From: Clostridia bacterium
Lineage (GTDB): Bacteria > Bacillota > Clostridia > Christensenellales > CAG-138
Assembly: GCA_017525875.1 (NCBI GenBank)
Contig: JAFXSG010000001.1
Location: 77,699-141,698 of the forward strand
Direction: 5' to 3'
Length of the DNA: 64,000 nucleotides
Below, piece after piece: positions 1 through 9,792 of this stretch (positions are counted from its first letter, which is position 1; the number at the start of each line of letters is the position of its first letter). The position numbers and the translations under genes are program-made. Under the pieces are notes generated by a model. The model ran no database searches, was not told the DNA's origin, and saw nothing but the letters and a program-made list of their open reading frames with translations.

Positions 1-1419
1 GTTCATCAGAATGAGCAGCGCCGCCGAAACGGCAAAGGGGATCTGGTCGCGGATGCGCACGCGCGGCTTATCCTCAGCAGGGGAGGAATAGAGCACCACG
101 AGCACACGAATGAAATACATCGCGTTCAGTATCGTGCTTGCTGCAAGCACCACGAGCGTCGGAACGATCAGTTCGCTCTTCTCAAAGGCGGCGAGCGCGA
201 AACGGTATTTGCTCACAAAGCCCATCGTGAGCGGGATGCCGATCATCGAAAGCGTTCCAAAGCCGAACGCCGCACCTGCAGCCCGGTTGAAATGAGCAGC
301 ACCGAGCCAGTTTTCGCGTTTCTTCCCACCTGCCGCCTGCGAAAGCTGCGCCGAAGCGAGGAAAAGCATCGGCTTTGTAAGCGCGTGTGTCATGATGTGG
401 AACACGGCGGCGAGCATGCCGAGGTCCGGCGAAATGCCGATGCCCATAAAGATATAGCCGATCTGTGCCGCGGAGGAGTACGCCACCATGCGGAAAACGT
501 CCTTTTCCATCAGCGCACCGATGCTGCCGACGATGATGCCCGCAGCGCCGAGCACGTACAGCACGTTCGAAAGCCCGCTCTTGTAAAACACGTCCTCCGT
601 GAAAACGGAAAGGACCAGCTTGATAAGCAGGAAGATGTATCCCTTGGAAACGAGCCCAGAAAGGATGCCTCCCGAGGAAGGCGTCGCGTAGCCGTAGGTG
701 TCGGGCATCCAGAAATGGAAGGGGAACAAGCCGCTTTTGACGGCAAGGCCTATCGAAACGAGGCTGATGCCCGTGATGAGCACTGTGCGGTAACTGCCGT
801 TTGCCCAAAGCGAAACGATGGCGGCCTTAAGATCCGGCATCAGAAGCTGCCCTGTGACCGCATAGAGAAAGACTATGCCCAGCAGGAAAAGGCCGGAGCC
901 GATCAGCGAAAAGATCATATAGCGCGTTGCGGCAAGCGTCGTGCGCCCGATCTGGCGGATCATCAGCAGGCCGCACGCTGCGATCGTACAGATCTCCAGA
1001 AAAACGTAGCCGGTGAAGATATCGTTCGTGTATGAAAGGGCGATCAGCGAGGCGAGCACGAGATCGCACATCATATAGTACAAATTGCTCTTGCTCTTCT
1101 CAAGATCCAGCTCAAGCTGCTTCCTGCCGCCGAGCAGAGTGAGCAGCATCACGAGCGAAAACAGCAGCACCAGCAGCGGTTCAAGGATGCCGAAACGCAG
1201 CTCATTGCCCCACGGGCGGGGGAAATGCCCCATCAAATATTCGGTCGCAGCGCCGGTCCTGATCCCGAAGAACATCAGAATAAGCGCTCCTGCCGCCGTG
1301 AGAGCGCAGAGCGCAAGCGTCACCGCACGCGCAGCGCGGCCGGAGATCAGCGCCGCAAGCACCGCGCTCATGAAACAAAGCACTATTGAAAACAATGGGA
1401 AATTAACTGAGAAAGCCAT
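1..1419 (-). CDS. mnhD: Mrp/Mnh antiporter subunit D-like membrane protein (3' end outside window)
   Basis: Read manually from ATG at 1419: MAFSVNFPLFSIVLCF...GHFPRPWGNELRF..., with DIFTGYVFLEI, LKAACSPFHFWMPDTY and SMIGIP motifs. Very hydrophobic, follows subunit C, and is absent from the ORF track because it runs off the edge. Confidence 0.85.
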   Translation of the reverse strand, partial: MAFSVNFPLFSIVLCFMSAVLAALISGRAARAVTLALCALTAAGALILMFFGIRTGAATEYLMGHFPRPWGNELRFGILEPLLVLLFSLVMLLTLLGGRKQLELDLEKSKSNLYYMMCDLVLASLIALSYTNDIFTGYVFLEICTIAACGLLMIRQIGRTTLAATRYMIFSLIGSGLFLLGIVFLYAVTGQLLMPDLKAAIVSLWANGSYRTVLITGISLVSIGLAVKSGLFPFHFWMPDTYGYATPSSGGILSGLVSKGYIFLLIKLVLSVFTEDVFYKSGLSNVLYVLGAAGIIVGSIGALMEKDVFRMVAYSSAAQIGYIFMGIGISPDLGMLAAVFHIMTHALTKPMLFLASAQLSQAAGGKKRENWLGAAHFNRAAGAAFGFGTLSMIGIPLTMGFVSKYRFALAAFEKSELIVPTLVVLAASTILNAMYFIRVLVVLYSSPAEDKPRVRIRDQIPFAVSAALLILMN

Positions 1420-1808
1420 CAGTTCACTCCATGCTCCTTCATTGCCGTTGCGTAGATAACGTCCAGATCAAGGGTATGATAGCGCTTATACAGCCGCACC
1501 GTCAGCGCGAGCAGTACGGCCGTAACGGAAACGGAGACGACGATGCCCGTAAGCACGAGCCCGGCGGGGAGGGGATTGACGTACAGCAGCGGGTCGGTGT
1601 TTTCGCCGAGCACGATGGGCGAAAGCCTGCCCTCGATGAAGCCGAGCGCAGTAAGAAGCAGATACGCGGCGGTGTCCATGATGTTGAGCCCTATGATCTT
1701 CTTCATCAGGTTGCGGTGCAGAAGCAGCGTCACGAAACCCACCGCGAACAACACCACCGCAGCGAGAAAAACACGAACGTCCCATAGTTTTTGCAATACT
1801 TCCGTCAT
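1419..1808 (-). CDS. mnhC: Mrp/Mnh antiporter subunit C
   Basis: NLMKKIIGLNIM and NPLPAGLVLTGIVVSVSVTA motifs; likely start MTEVLQK at 1808. Confidence 0.9.
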   Translation of the reverse strand: MTEVLQKLWDVRVFLAAVVLFAVGFVTLLLHRNLMKKIIGLNIMDTAAYLLLTALGFIEGRLSPIVLGENTDPLLYVNPLPAGLVLTGIVVSVSVTAVLLALTVRLYKRYHTLDLDVIYATAMKEHGVN

Positions 1809-2710
1809 ATTCTGCCCCTCTGAAACAGCGAGTAAAGCCCATACATCGTGCACGCGACGACCACGCCGACGGCGATGTTGAGCGGTAGTATCAGCCCTGC
1901 GGAGAGAATGCGGCCGGGCGTTCCGGTCGTGAAGACCGTGTGCAGCCCGTTCGCCCCGCAGAAGAACGAATAGCATTTTGAAATACTGTAAAACCACAGC
2001 GCGGCAAGGCAGATGATCCTGAACGATCTGAAGTTCAAAAACCTTTCGAGCCCTTCATAGCCGAATGCTTCCGCATACAGGATAAGTCCCGCGCCGATGA
2101 TGGCTCCGCCCGAGAACCCGCCTCCAGGCCCGAGATGCCCGTTCAGGATCACGTAAATGCCGAACAAGACTATGATGGGTATGAGCAGCCGCGCGGCAGT
2201 GCCCAGTATGCTGTCCGCTTTCATACGGATAAGACCGAGATCGGGCTCTTCCTTTTTGCCGTCGAGTTCAAGCAGCAGGATCAGTACTGCGGCAAGCCCC
2301 GTGAACAGCACGTGCGATTCACCAAGCGTATCAAAAGCGCGGTAATCGAGGATAACGCCGGAAACGATATTCACGGCGCCGGTCTCGGAGAGCCCGCTTT
2401 CAACGTACCGCCTTACGACCTCGTTTTCAGATGGATTCCCGGCTTTCCCGAACGCGGGCAGATCGAGCACCGCAAGGAACAGGAAGACTATCATAATCGC
2501 GCCGAGCATGGCGGCAAGCAGGGGATAGACCGCCCTGTATGCCTTGACGTCGCGCCGGGGAAGGCTTTCTTCCGGGGTCGCTGTCCCTTCTGCGCTCTCG
2601 CCCTCGGGCGCGGCTGAATAAGGCTCCGCTGCTGCGGCGTCAAGATCGAACCTGCCCGCGTCCCAATCGCGGAGGAACGCTTTAATGCTCCTCTTCTTCC
2701 CGTTTTTCAT
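1805..2710 (-). CDS. mnhB: Mrp/Mnh antiporter subunit B
   Basis: NIVSGVILDYRAFDTLGE and GHLGPGGGFSGG motifs. Confidence 0.9.
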   Translation of the reverse strand: MKNGKKRSIKAFLRDWDAGRFDLDAAAAEPYSAAPEGESAEGTATPEESLPRRDVKAYRAVYPLLAAMLGAIMIVFLFLAVLDLPAFGKAGNPSENEVVRRYVESGLSETGAVNIVSGVILDYRAFDTLGESHVLFTGLAAVLILLLELDGKKEEPDLGLIRMKADSILGTAARLLIPIIVLFGIYVILNGHLGPGGGFSGGAIIGAGLILYAEAFGYEGLERFLNFRSFRIICLAALWFYSISKCYSFFCGANGLHTVFTTGTPGRILSAGLILPLNIAVGVVVACTMYGLYSLFQRGRI

Positions 2711-2957
2711 CTTCAGCCTTCTTTCGAATGTCCCTGAGCTTTTTCAGGGTCAAAAACATGAGGATGCTTGAAATACCGGCGCCGACGGCAGCCTCCGTCA
2801 CGGCAAGATCAGGCGCCTTGAGAAGCGCCCATATAACGGACATAATAACGCTGTACGCCATAAAAATGACGATGGAGGACAAAAGGTTTTTTGTAATGCA
2901 CGTGGCGATGCCGCAGATCACGAGCAGGCCGAGAAGCAGCAGTTCAAAGTAATCCAT
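2682..2957 (-). CDS. DUF4040-like small Mrp subunit (split MnhB/MrpA segment)
   Basis: LKAPDLAVTEAAVGAG motif; three TM segments. Confidence 0.85.
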   Translation of the reverse strand: MDYFELLLLGLLVICGIATCITKNLLSSIVIFMAYSVIMSVIWALLKAPDLAVTEAAVGAGISSILMFLTLKKLRDIRKKAEDEKREEEEH

Positions 2958-3291
2958 CCTCATCCTCCTTTACTTCGTCGTGCTCCATGTGCGAAGCGGC
3001 GTCGGGCTCGGTCGCAAGCACCATCCGGCTTAGAAGGTGCGAAGCGACGGGACTGCCGACCCAGAGAAACAGCAGCACGACGAGCAGCTTCCAGAAGAAG
3101 ACCGGAGCCTGCGCCGCAAAGAGCAGCCCCGCGATGATCAGCAGCGCTCCGAGCGTGTCGATGATGGCGGCGCAGTGCAGCCGGTTCATAACGAATTTAA
3201 AGCGGAACACGCCAAGCGTCGCAAGCAGGATCGAAACGAGCCCGAAGAGCGACAGCAGCGCGGCGATCACGAAACGGACGCTATCGATCAT
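2944..3291 (-). CDS. mnhG: Mrp/Mnh antiporter subunit G
   Basis: GVFRF..MNRLHCAAIIDTLG and SPVASHLL motifs. Confidence 0.9.
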   Translation of the reverse strand: MIDSVRFVIAALLSLFGLVSILLATLGVFRFKFVMNRLHCAAIIDTLGALLIIAGLLFAAQAPVFFWKLLVVLLFLWVGSPVASHLLSRMVLATEPDAASHMEHDEVKEDEDGLL

Positions 3292-3592
3292 AGTTGTCGT
3301 CCTCCATTCCCGCTTCACCGGGCTTGCGCCTGTTCATTAAGATCATCGCAAGCACTGCGACCGCAAGAAAACTGATCAGCGCGTAAATGAGGCATACGTC
3401 CAGCAGCCAGCTTTCGTTAAGATACAGTGCTATGACGGCGATCGCAAGCAAAGTCTGTGTGTTGATCATATTGATGCCCATCACGCGGTCGCCCGTCCTC
3501 GGCCCGCGGATAGCGCGGATGAGCGCGAAAAGGATGCCGACGCCGAGGCCGAACAGGATGCAGAGATACAGGATATGATAAGCTTTTTCCAT
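3281..3592 (-). CDS. mnhF: Mrp/Mnh antiporter subunit F
   Basis: RAIRGPRTGDRVMGINMI and LDVCLIYALISFLAV motifs. Confidence 0.9.
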   Translation of the reverse strand: MEKAYHILYLCILFGLGVGILFALIRAIRGPRTGDRVMGINMINTQTLLAIAVIALYLNESWLLDVCLIYALISFLAVAVLAMILMNRRKPGEAGMEDDNYDR

Positions 3593-3593
3593 G

Positions 3594-4052
3594 TCATTTC
3601 TCCATTTTCCGAAGGAGCTTAGCAAGCGTGCCGTTCTCGATGCCGTCAATCATTTCACGCCTGAGACAGTGCACGGTGAAGCGTTCGCCGTCCGTACGGA
3701 CGGTGATGGTGCCGGGTGTGAGCGTTATGGAGTTTGCAAAGAGAAAACGGGTGAAGCGCGAGCTGAGCCCGGTATCGACCACTGCGAGCGCCGGTTTTAC
3801 TGAAAGATCGCGCGAAAGAATGATCCGCAGCATGGTGAAGTTTGCCTTAATGATCCCGTAAAGCAGAACGGCGGTATATGCAAGAAAGAGCGGGATGCGG
3901 GTGAGAAGGCGCAGGTCGTCCTTCGGCGAGTAGCCAAACAGGGCATAGGCAGCGGCGGCGAGCAGCGCCGTAATGCCAATGCCGAACAGCACGATCTCAA
4001 ATGTCAATGCTCCGTTCAGAATGAGCCATAACCCGAAAAGGATGGGATACAT
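3594..4052 (-). CDS. mnhE: Mrp/Mnh antiporter subunit E
   Basis: FANSITLTPGTITV motif. Confidence 0.92.
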   Translation of the reverse strand: MYPILFGLWLILNGALTFEIVLFGIGITALLAAAAYALFGYSPKDDLRLLTRIPLFLAYTAVLLYGIIKANFTMLRIILSRDLSVKPALAVVDTGLSSRFTRFLFANSITLTPGTITVRTDGERFTVHCLRREMIDGIENGTLAKLLRKMEK

Positions 4053-4179
4053 TCCGCCCTCCGAAAAGATGGAATACCACTAAATATTATATATCGGATC
4101 CGGCGGGAAATCAAGTGAAAAGAGGGCACAGCAAATGCGTGAAAAGGCGAAAACCGAGCAGCCGAAAAGAACGGCGCCG

Positions 4180-4208
4180 TTGACAATAAGGCGCGTTTTT
4201 GCTATATT
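4180..4208 (+). promoter_or_regulatory. Sigma-A-type promoter of the PI-PLC gene
   Basis: TTGACA(4180)-17 bp-TATATT(4203) with TG extension, upstream of RBS AAGGAG and ATG at 4243. Confidence 0.7.
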
Positions 4209-4242
4209 CAGTTCAGCAAGACCATATCAAAGGAGAAAAGAA

Positions 4243-5343
4243 ATGAGCGCAAAACCCAAAAAGAGATTCAGCGGATGGAACCTTATATGGATAGTTCCGC
4301 TTATCGCAGTGCTCGCCCTTGCCGTGATGATGTACGTCATTCCGGCACTCGAAGGCGTTGACAGGACCGAAGCAGGCGGTTCATCGGACTGGATGTCTCA
4401 TCTAAGCGACGATACGCCCCTTTCGGACGTCATCCTGCCAGGCACGCACGACAGCGCAACGAAGTTCGTCCAGCTCGCTTATTTTTCAAAATGCCAGGCG
4501 CTTTCGATCGGCAAACAGCTTGAAGCCGGTTATCGTTATCTCGACATACGCCTCGGTGCGGACGGCGATAAGCTGAAGCTAATGCACGGCTTCACAAACT
4601 GTACCGAGGGCGGCTTCCCGTGGTCCAATGCGCTCTATCTTGATAATGTGCTTGCGGACTGCTACTCCTTCCTCAAAGCGCATCCGGGCGAGACCGTCAT
4701 TTTTGCGGTCAAGCAGGAGCATGGCGACGAGAGCGTCCTTCAGTTCGAAAGGCTCCTTGACGGTTATATTTCAAAGAATAAGGATATGTGGCTGCACACG
4801 TCCTCGGTGCCGACTGTCGGCGAGGCAAGAGGCAAGCTCGTTCTGATGCGCCGCTATCAGGACGAAGCCGCACTCGGCGACCGCGCGGGGATCCCGCTGA
4901 TCTGGCCGGACCAGGGCGGGCATGACGACGTCAGCCTTGCAGCCGCTGCGGCGGACAACGGCTCGTACACGCTTACCGTGCAGGATCGCTTTGAATACGG
5001 CGCGGCGGACAAATGGACGGCGTTCACAAAGGGCCTGACAGCCTGCGAGACCGGCGATAACTCGGTGCTTGTAAACTTCCTCTCCACCAAGGGCACGGCG
5101 ACCTACGGGCATCCCTACGCCTTTGCAAAACAGCTCAACGCCAAACTGCTTGATCTCAGCGAGGATCAGCTCCACGGTTGGGTGATCGTAGATTTCGCCT
5201 CTGCAAAGCTCGCACAGCATATCTATGAAGTGAATTTCAGACGATCGCAGCACGATAAGCAAAAGGCGCAGCCTCATCCGGGCCGCGCCTTTTCTGCGCT
5301 TTTTTATCAGAATCCGAGCTCGTCGTTCACAAGGATCACGTAG
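4243..5343 (+). CDS. Phosphatidylinositol-specific phospholipase C (X-domain), membrane-anchored
   Basis: ILPGTHDSA, QLEAGYRYLDIR, MHG and ETVIFAVKQE motifs; N-terminal TM segment. Confidence 0.85.
   Translation: MSAKPKKRFSGWNLIWIVPLIAVLALAVMMYVIPALEGVDRTEAGGSSDWMSHLSDDTPLSDVILPGTHDSATKFVQLAYFSKCQALSIGKQLEAGYRYLDIRLGADGDKLKLMHGFTNCTEGGFPWSNALYLDNVLADCYSFLKAHPGETVIFAVKQEHGDESVLQFERLLDGYISKNKDMWLHTSSVPTVGEARGKLVLMRRYQDEAALGDRAGIPLIWPDQGGHDDVSLAAAAADNGSYTLTVQDRFEYGAADKWTAFTKGLTACETGDNSVLVNFLSTKGTATYGHPYAFAKQLNAKLLDLSEDQLHGWVIVDFASAKLAQHIYEVNFRRSQHDKQKAQPHPGRAFSALFYQNPSSSFTRIT
5261..5294. terminator. Bidirectional hairpin terminator between convergent genes
   Basis: AAAAGGCGCaGCC-loop-GGCcGCGCCTTTT inverted repeat with A/T tails. 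Confidence 0.65.
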
Positions 5344-5936
5344 ATCCTGCCCGGATGGCGGGAATAGCGGGTGATCAGAAACTGGCAGCAGATCGTGTCA
5401 GGTGATTTGCAGTTCATGCAGGAGCCGGTCTTGGCGCAGGGCGTATTGAGGCCGAAGCGCTGGGCATTGATCGGCGCGGCAACGCTGCGCGCGCGTTTCA
5501 TAGCGCCGTCCACGTCCGAACAGACCTTGTTCATGCCCACGATGAAGATGACCTTGCGGGGTCCTTGCGCGATCGCGGAAACGCGGTTCGCGTTGCCGTC
5601 GATATTGATGAGCACGCCGTCCTCGGTGATCGCGTTGCAGCTTGAAAGGAACACGTCCGCATCATAGGCTGCAAGCATCGCGGCGCGCTTGTCCGGCGTC
5701 TCGTCGCGATCGATAAAGTTGTAGTTGCCGTTCTTGAGCGCGAAAACGAGCCCGATCTCGTGAACGCTCATGCCGCCGCCCATAGTTGCCGAACTGCCCT
5801 CGGGGATCAGTGAAAGCGCGGTCTCAAGCGCCTTCTCACGGCTTTCCGCGTAATAGCCGGTCATATTGCGGGAAGCAAGCCCCTTGATGACCTTTTCGGC
5901 AAGGAGCGCGTTGCGTTTTCTGATGTTTTCGTTCAT
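5307..5936 (-). CDS. LUD-domain (lactate utilization/YkgG-like) protein
   Basis: FLSSCNAITEDGVLINIDGNANRV, GPRKVIFIVGMNKV and a C-terminal Cys cluster. Confidence 0.85.
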   Translation of the reverse strand: MNENIRKRNALLAEKVIKGLASRNMTGYYAESREKALETALSLIPEGSSATMGGGMSVHEIGLVFALKNGNYNFIDRDETPDKRAAMLAAYDADVFLSSCNAITEDGVLINIDGNANRVSAIAQGPRKVIFIVGMNKVCSDVDGAMKRARSVAAPINAQRFGLNTPCAKTGSCMNCKSPDTICCQFLITRYSRHPGRIYVILVNDELGF

Positions 5937-6003
5937 AGTCAGACCTCTCATTCTGTTTACTTTATTGTGATTATACTATATGCGGCGGAGAAAGGCAAAT
6001 AAC

Positions 6004-6043
6004 AAAAAAGAGCCCCTTACTCAGGCTTGAGCAAGGGGCTCTG
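6004..6043 (-). terminator. Rho-independent terminator
   Basis: AGAGCCCCTT...AAGGGGCTCT stem with a poly-A run on the + strand (U tail on the - strand). Confidence 0.8.
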
Positions 6044-6049
6044 CGGTCT

Positions 6050-7546
6050 TTAATCGAAGCAGGAACGGATTAACTTAACGAGTTCTGCCCTGTCCACGTT
6101 CCCGGCGGTAATGTCTATACTGACCTCACCGCTGTAGACAACGGCGCGCCAGACAGGATACTCCGGATCGTCGGTCTGGCTGATAAAGGAATCTGCAGTC
6201 AGCTCCTCAAGCCTGACATCGTACCTGCGGACCGGGTCTTCGTATCCCTGCACGGCGTGGACCGCCTCAAGATCTCCGATATAGATATTGATATAGCCCG
6301 AGACCTTCGAACCCGGCGCGTATTCGTAGCTGAGGTTCAGGCGCTTGATACCGATCGTCCGCCCGGTTTTCCTTTCGACCTCGTATTCGCCGATGCAGTA
6401 CTCGAACCGGGCGTCTTCCGGGATGTAGTCAGGGATATACCTGCCGTATGTCGGCTCGAGAACAGCGTCTTCAAGCTTCATCCCGCGCAGCTGGGCGTTG
6501 TTTTCAACCGCTTCGCCTTCACCGCTTTCCATAGCGTCGAGGAAGGGGCGCACTTTCGCTTCGTCCAGCTCTATGAAGTAGCCGCCGAAGCTGCCAAGCA
6601 GCATGGCATATTTACCTTCAAGTATCCGCAGTCTTATCGAGAAGTCCCCAAGATCAAGCCAAACGAGCCAATGATCGCTGTTTGCAAGTGCCTCAAGCTC
6701 CTCCTCGGTCTCGTACGGGACGCACCAGGCGCCTTCGTCGATCGCCTGCATGAATGCCTTTGCCGCTTCGCTCTGCGCAGCAAGGGAATGCCTGATACCG
6801 TAAGCATGCTTTTCGGACTCCATATCCTCGTAGATTATCGACTCAAGCCTTTCGCCGACGTGGAAGCGCTCCTCGATGACGTCCGCGCCGTAGGCAACGG
6901 AGTACCCGTTATCGCAGATATAGACGACGAGCTCGCCTTCGTAGTAGGGGTTTTCCCTGCACAGCATGAACGAAGGATCGAAGCCGTTTACGGCATACAC
7001 CTCTCCTCTGAACACCCCTTCACCGTCATTGTACTCACTTGGCAGGCGATGATACACCTCTTTGACGGTCAGGACCCGTTCGCCGAGGTATGCAGCCTGA
7101 TCAAGCTCCCCGAAAGCGCTCCAGTACAGCCTTCCGTCATACTTGAAGAACGGCACCCATTCCACCAGCGTGTTTTCCGGAACGTCGAAATGATTTGTCA
7201 GATCCACCTTTTCACCTCTTGCTGCTGCCATATCACGCTTATAGGACAGCACGATATTGGAATCGAACCCGCCGCTTGAATGCAGCAGCGTAATGCGGGC
7301 GTGATCGCCGGGTACGTGAGTGTCGGCCGGCGCTTCTGTTTGTTCGCTCCCGTTAGCGGTCTGCTCTCCGCCCTTGTGCCCGATCTTGCCGATCGCAAGC
7401 GCAAGCACGAGCGCGAGAACAAACATTGCCGCTGCCGCGATCGCCAATCCAAAGCCTCTTCTGCGCACGGGGCGATAGTCCCCGGCCTGCTCCACAGCCC
7501 GATCGTCAACGGAATTCAGCGACTCCAGCAAATAATCGTTTTTCAT
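6050..7546 (-). CDS. Putative anti-sigma factor (single TM, large extracellular domain)
   Basis: LLESLNSVDDRAVEQA N-terminus followed by a TM; overlaps the ECF sigma stop codon. Confidence 0.65.
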   Translation of the reverse strand: MKNDYLLESLNSVDDRAVEQAGDYRPVRRRGFGLAIAAAAMFVLALVLALAIGKIGHKGGEQTANGSEQTEAPADTHVPGDHARITLLHSSGGFDSNIVLSYKRDMAAARGEKVDLTNHFDVPENTLVEWVPFFKYDGRLYWSAFGELDQAAYLGERVLTVKEVYHRLPSEYNDGEGVFRGEVYAVNGFDPSFMLCRENPYYEGELVVYICDNGYSVAYGADVIEERFHVGERLESIIYEDMESEKHAYGIRHSLAAQSEAAKAFMQAIDEGAWCVPYETEEELEALANSDHWLVWLDLGDFSIRLRILEGKYAMLLGSFGGYFIELDEAKVRPFLDAMESGEGEAVENNAQLRGMKLEDAVLEPTYGRYIPDYIPEDARFEYCIGEYEVERKTGRTIGIKRLNLSYEYAPGSKVSGYINIYIGDLEAVHAVQGYEDPVRRYDVRLEELTADSFISQTDDPEYPVWRAVVYSGEVSIDITAGNVDRAELVKLIRSCFD

Positions 7547-8103
7547 AAGGAATACCCTTCCTTTCTCAAATAATCGGCAAGCCTTCCGCGCATGCGAAAG
7601 AGTTCTGTCTTGACCTTGCTCTTTGAGAAACCGAACCGCTTTGAAAGCTCATCAACGGAATCGAAGAACCAATACCTCCTGATAAAGAGCATCCGTTTTT
7701 CCTCAGGCTGTGCCGCAAGAAATGCGTTTATCATTCGCCCCAGCTCCTTTGCTTCCGCTTCGGTATCAACGCTCATGTTCCCTGCAAGGCATTCCTCGAG
7801 CTCGTGCGTGAGCTCCGTGAATTCAGCGCTGCGCTTTCCGGCAGACGCTCTGCGAAGCCTGTCTATCGCAGCGGAGCGCAGCAGCTTTGCAAGAAACGCA
7901 AACAGGTATTCCCTCGGCTCATTCGGCGGGATCAGCTCCCAGGCACGCAGGTATACGTCGTTTTCGCACTCTTCGGCGGTCCCGGTGTCGCAGCCGAGCT
8001 TCAGTGCGGCCGACCTCAGCCTTGCGCCATACTTTAAGGACGTCTCCTTTACAGCATCCTCACTTCGCGCAAGATACAGATCAACGATCTTCGAATCGTT
8101 CAT
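7543..8103 (-). CDS. ECF RNA polymerase sigma factor
   Basis: MNDSKIVDLYLARSEDA, AEECENDVYLRAW and region 4 motif FIRRYWF..SKVKTELFRMR. Confidence 0.9.
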   Translation of the reverse strand: MNDSKIVDLYLARSEDAVKETSLKYGARLRSAALKLGCDTGTAEECENDVYLRAWELIPPNEPREYLFAFLAKLLRSAAIDRLRRASAGKRSAEFTELTHELEECLAGNMSVDTEAEAKELGRMINAFLAAQPEEKRMLFIRRYWFFDSVDELSKRFGFSKSKVKTELFRMRGRLADYLRKEGYSL

Positions 8104-8139
8104 CGGAGCCTCCTTTCGTGCGTTTCGGTTTCACCCTTA

Positions 8140-8168
8140 ATATCGCATTCCGCCGGGCTTTGGTTACA
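8140..8168 (-). promoter_or_regulatory. Possible autoregulatory ECF promoter
   Basis: Minus strand TGTAAC-N17-CGATAT upstream of the sigma gene; resembles AAC...CG ECF promoters. Confidence 0.3.
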
Positions 8169-8217
8169 GTGCTTAAACTGCAAAAAACGGCTTCGCATAT
8201 GCCAAGCCGTAATTCGG

Positions 8218-9447
8218 TCAACTATCGATTATTCCGTATTGCTGAAGCAGCGCGATCCGGTTTTTTCCTATCTTAAGGCTTTCTGCCGGGCTGACCGGAC
8301 CGTTTTCGCGCTTGATCATGTACCTCCATGCCCTCTGCACCCACGCTGCGGGAAGCAGCCAAGGCTTCCTGCGCAGGTATGCGTAGCGTGATTCGAGGGC
8401 AGCTGCCGAGGGAAACAGCGACTTCAGCGTACTGCGCGCCTTCCGGCCGTTTTTCTGTGCAGCCACGGCGTCGAGCGTCATATTGCTCGAATGCAGGCGG
8501 TTGATATCGTTCGTACCGTACAGACCGCCTGTGATGATATCCTCAAGCAGCGGTTCAACGTCAATTTCGTTATCCGCAAAACAGCTCGGCCGCTCCTCAA
8601 ACCCGAGGTATTCTCTGCCGATGCCGAACATAGCCGCGGTCATTCGGTCGATGCGCAGTTTTTTGCATTCGGTGCCAATGCGCTCCCAATCGATCTCAGC
8701 GCTGTAATGCTTTGCGAACATATTGATATCCGCGATCTGGCGGATGCCTACGCCGCTGTGCAGGAAATGCTTGTAGGCGTGCAGGATGAGATAGAGCAGG
8801 TGATCGGTCGGCGCAAGCGTGCGCATCGTGACGCCCCAGACGTTCACCTCAACGCTCCGCTCGGCGGCATGCTCGAGCGCGGCGTTGCAGTCGCCGTATG
8901 CCTCGCTGTCCGGCGGGAAAAAGCACTTGTGGACCTCGATATACATGTGGTTATCGGGGTGCTTGTAAGCGACCTCATGATCAACGTCAAGCCGCGAGTC
9001 CGGATCATACAGCTCAAATCCGTAATCCTCGAGCGCTTGATGATAACGCATGAAGTCATCCGGATCGACAAGCAGATCCTCATCCACGGATATGCGCTGA
9101 TCCGGGTGAGGATAAAGCTCACGGCACATGATGCCCTTTGTGACGATAGGGAGAAGCCCCTTTCCGGCAAGATATCGGTAGAACAGCGTGAATTCCGCCG
9201 TCTGTTTCGCCTGAGCAAGCGTTTCGCTTTTTGCCTTGCGGGTCAGATATTCCGCACGGCGGGCGGATGAGGTGACAGCAGGGGAGAGATATGTGGCCTG
9301 CGCGATCATCGGCAGGAGCCGGTTTTCGGATGCAAGCCGAAGAAGGCGAAGCCAATCGTCGTTTTGGATAGGCTCCGCCCACTGTACGTGCTCGTCATGC
9401 AGCGCGCAGCTGAATGCTTCTAAAAGTTTTGCTTCCGTATTGTTCAT
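8218..9447 (-). CDS. Nucleotidyltransferase family protein (NTP_transf_5-like)
   Basis: IVTKGIMCRELYP..RISVDEDLLV, IEVH and LILHAYKHFLHSGVGIRQIADI motifs. Confidence 0.88.
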   Translation of the reverse strand: MNNTEAKLLEAFSCALHDEHVQWAEPIQNDDWLRLLRLASENRLLPMIAQATYLSPAVTSSARRAEYLTRKAKSETLAQAKQTAEFTLFYRYLAGKGLLPIVTKGIMCRELYPHPDQRISVDEDLLVDPDDFMRYHQALEDYGFELYDPDSRLDVDHEVAYKHPDNHMYIEVHKCFFPPDSEAYGDCNAALEHAAERSVEVNVWGVTMRTLAPTDHLLYLILHAYKHFLHSGVGIRQIADINMFAKHYSAEIDWERIGTECKKLRIDRMTAAMFGIGREYLGFEERPSCFADNEIDVEPLLEDIITGGLYGTNDINRLHSSNMTLDAVAAQKNGRKARSTLKSLFPSAAALESRYAYLRRKPWLLPAAWVQRAWRYMIKRENGPVSPAESLKIGKNRIALLQQYGIIDS

Positions 9448-9455
9448 ACGGCGGA

Positions 9456-9788
9456 TCAAAGTCCTCCGGATCCCTGATCTGTTGGGACCTCAATGACTAT
9501 ATCCTCGCCATGAGTATCGATCCATGCGTCGGGGTCAAACGTCTCGGCGGGTTCACCGGTCTCAACAAGCTCGCCGGTTTCAGCGGGCTCCGCCGATTCG
9601 GCAGGTTCCGCGGTTGCGTCCCCGGGAGCGGGCGTAGCGGCGGCTTCAGTATCGGTCACGACAGGAGCCGCTGTGGGATCCGTGCCGGCCGGATCACCGT
9701 TCGGATTGCAGCACAACAGCTTTACGGCGATGAGAGCGCCGACGATAAGCACTGCCGCAATGATTATTGCAATGAGTCTTTTGTTCAT
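9456..9788 (-). CDS. Small membrane-anchored acidic Pro/Thr/Ala-rich protein
   Basis: Signal/TM segment, LLCC, low-complexity linker, C-terminus EDIVIEVPTDQGSGGL; tightly packed in the operon. Confidence 0.7.
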   Translation of the reverse strand: MNKRLIAIIIAAVLIVGALIAVKLLCCNPNGDPAGTDPTAAPVVTDTEAAATPAPGDATAEPAESAEPAETGELVETGEPAETFDPDAWIDTHGEDIVIEVPTDQGSGGL

Positions 9789-9792
9789 TCGA

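Noticed and set aside
1-4052. Energy-converting hydrogenase (Mbh/Ech) operon
   Set aside because: Only antiporter-like subunits are visible; hydrogenase subunits cannot be confirmed because the operon leaves the window.
6257-9270. + strand ORFs of 340, 182 and 259 aa
   Set aside because: Antisense to well-supported minus-strand genes.
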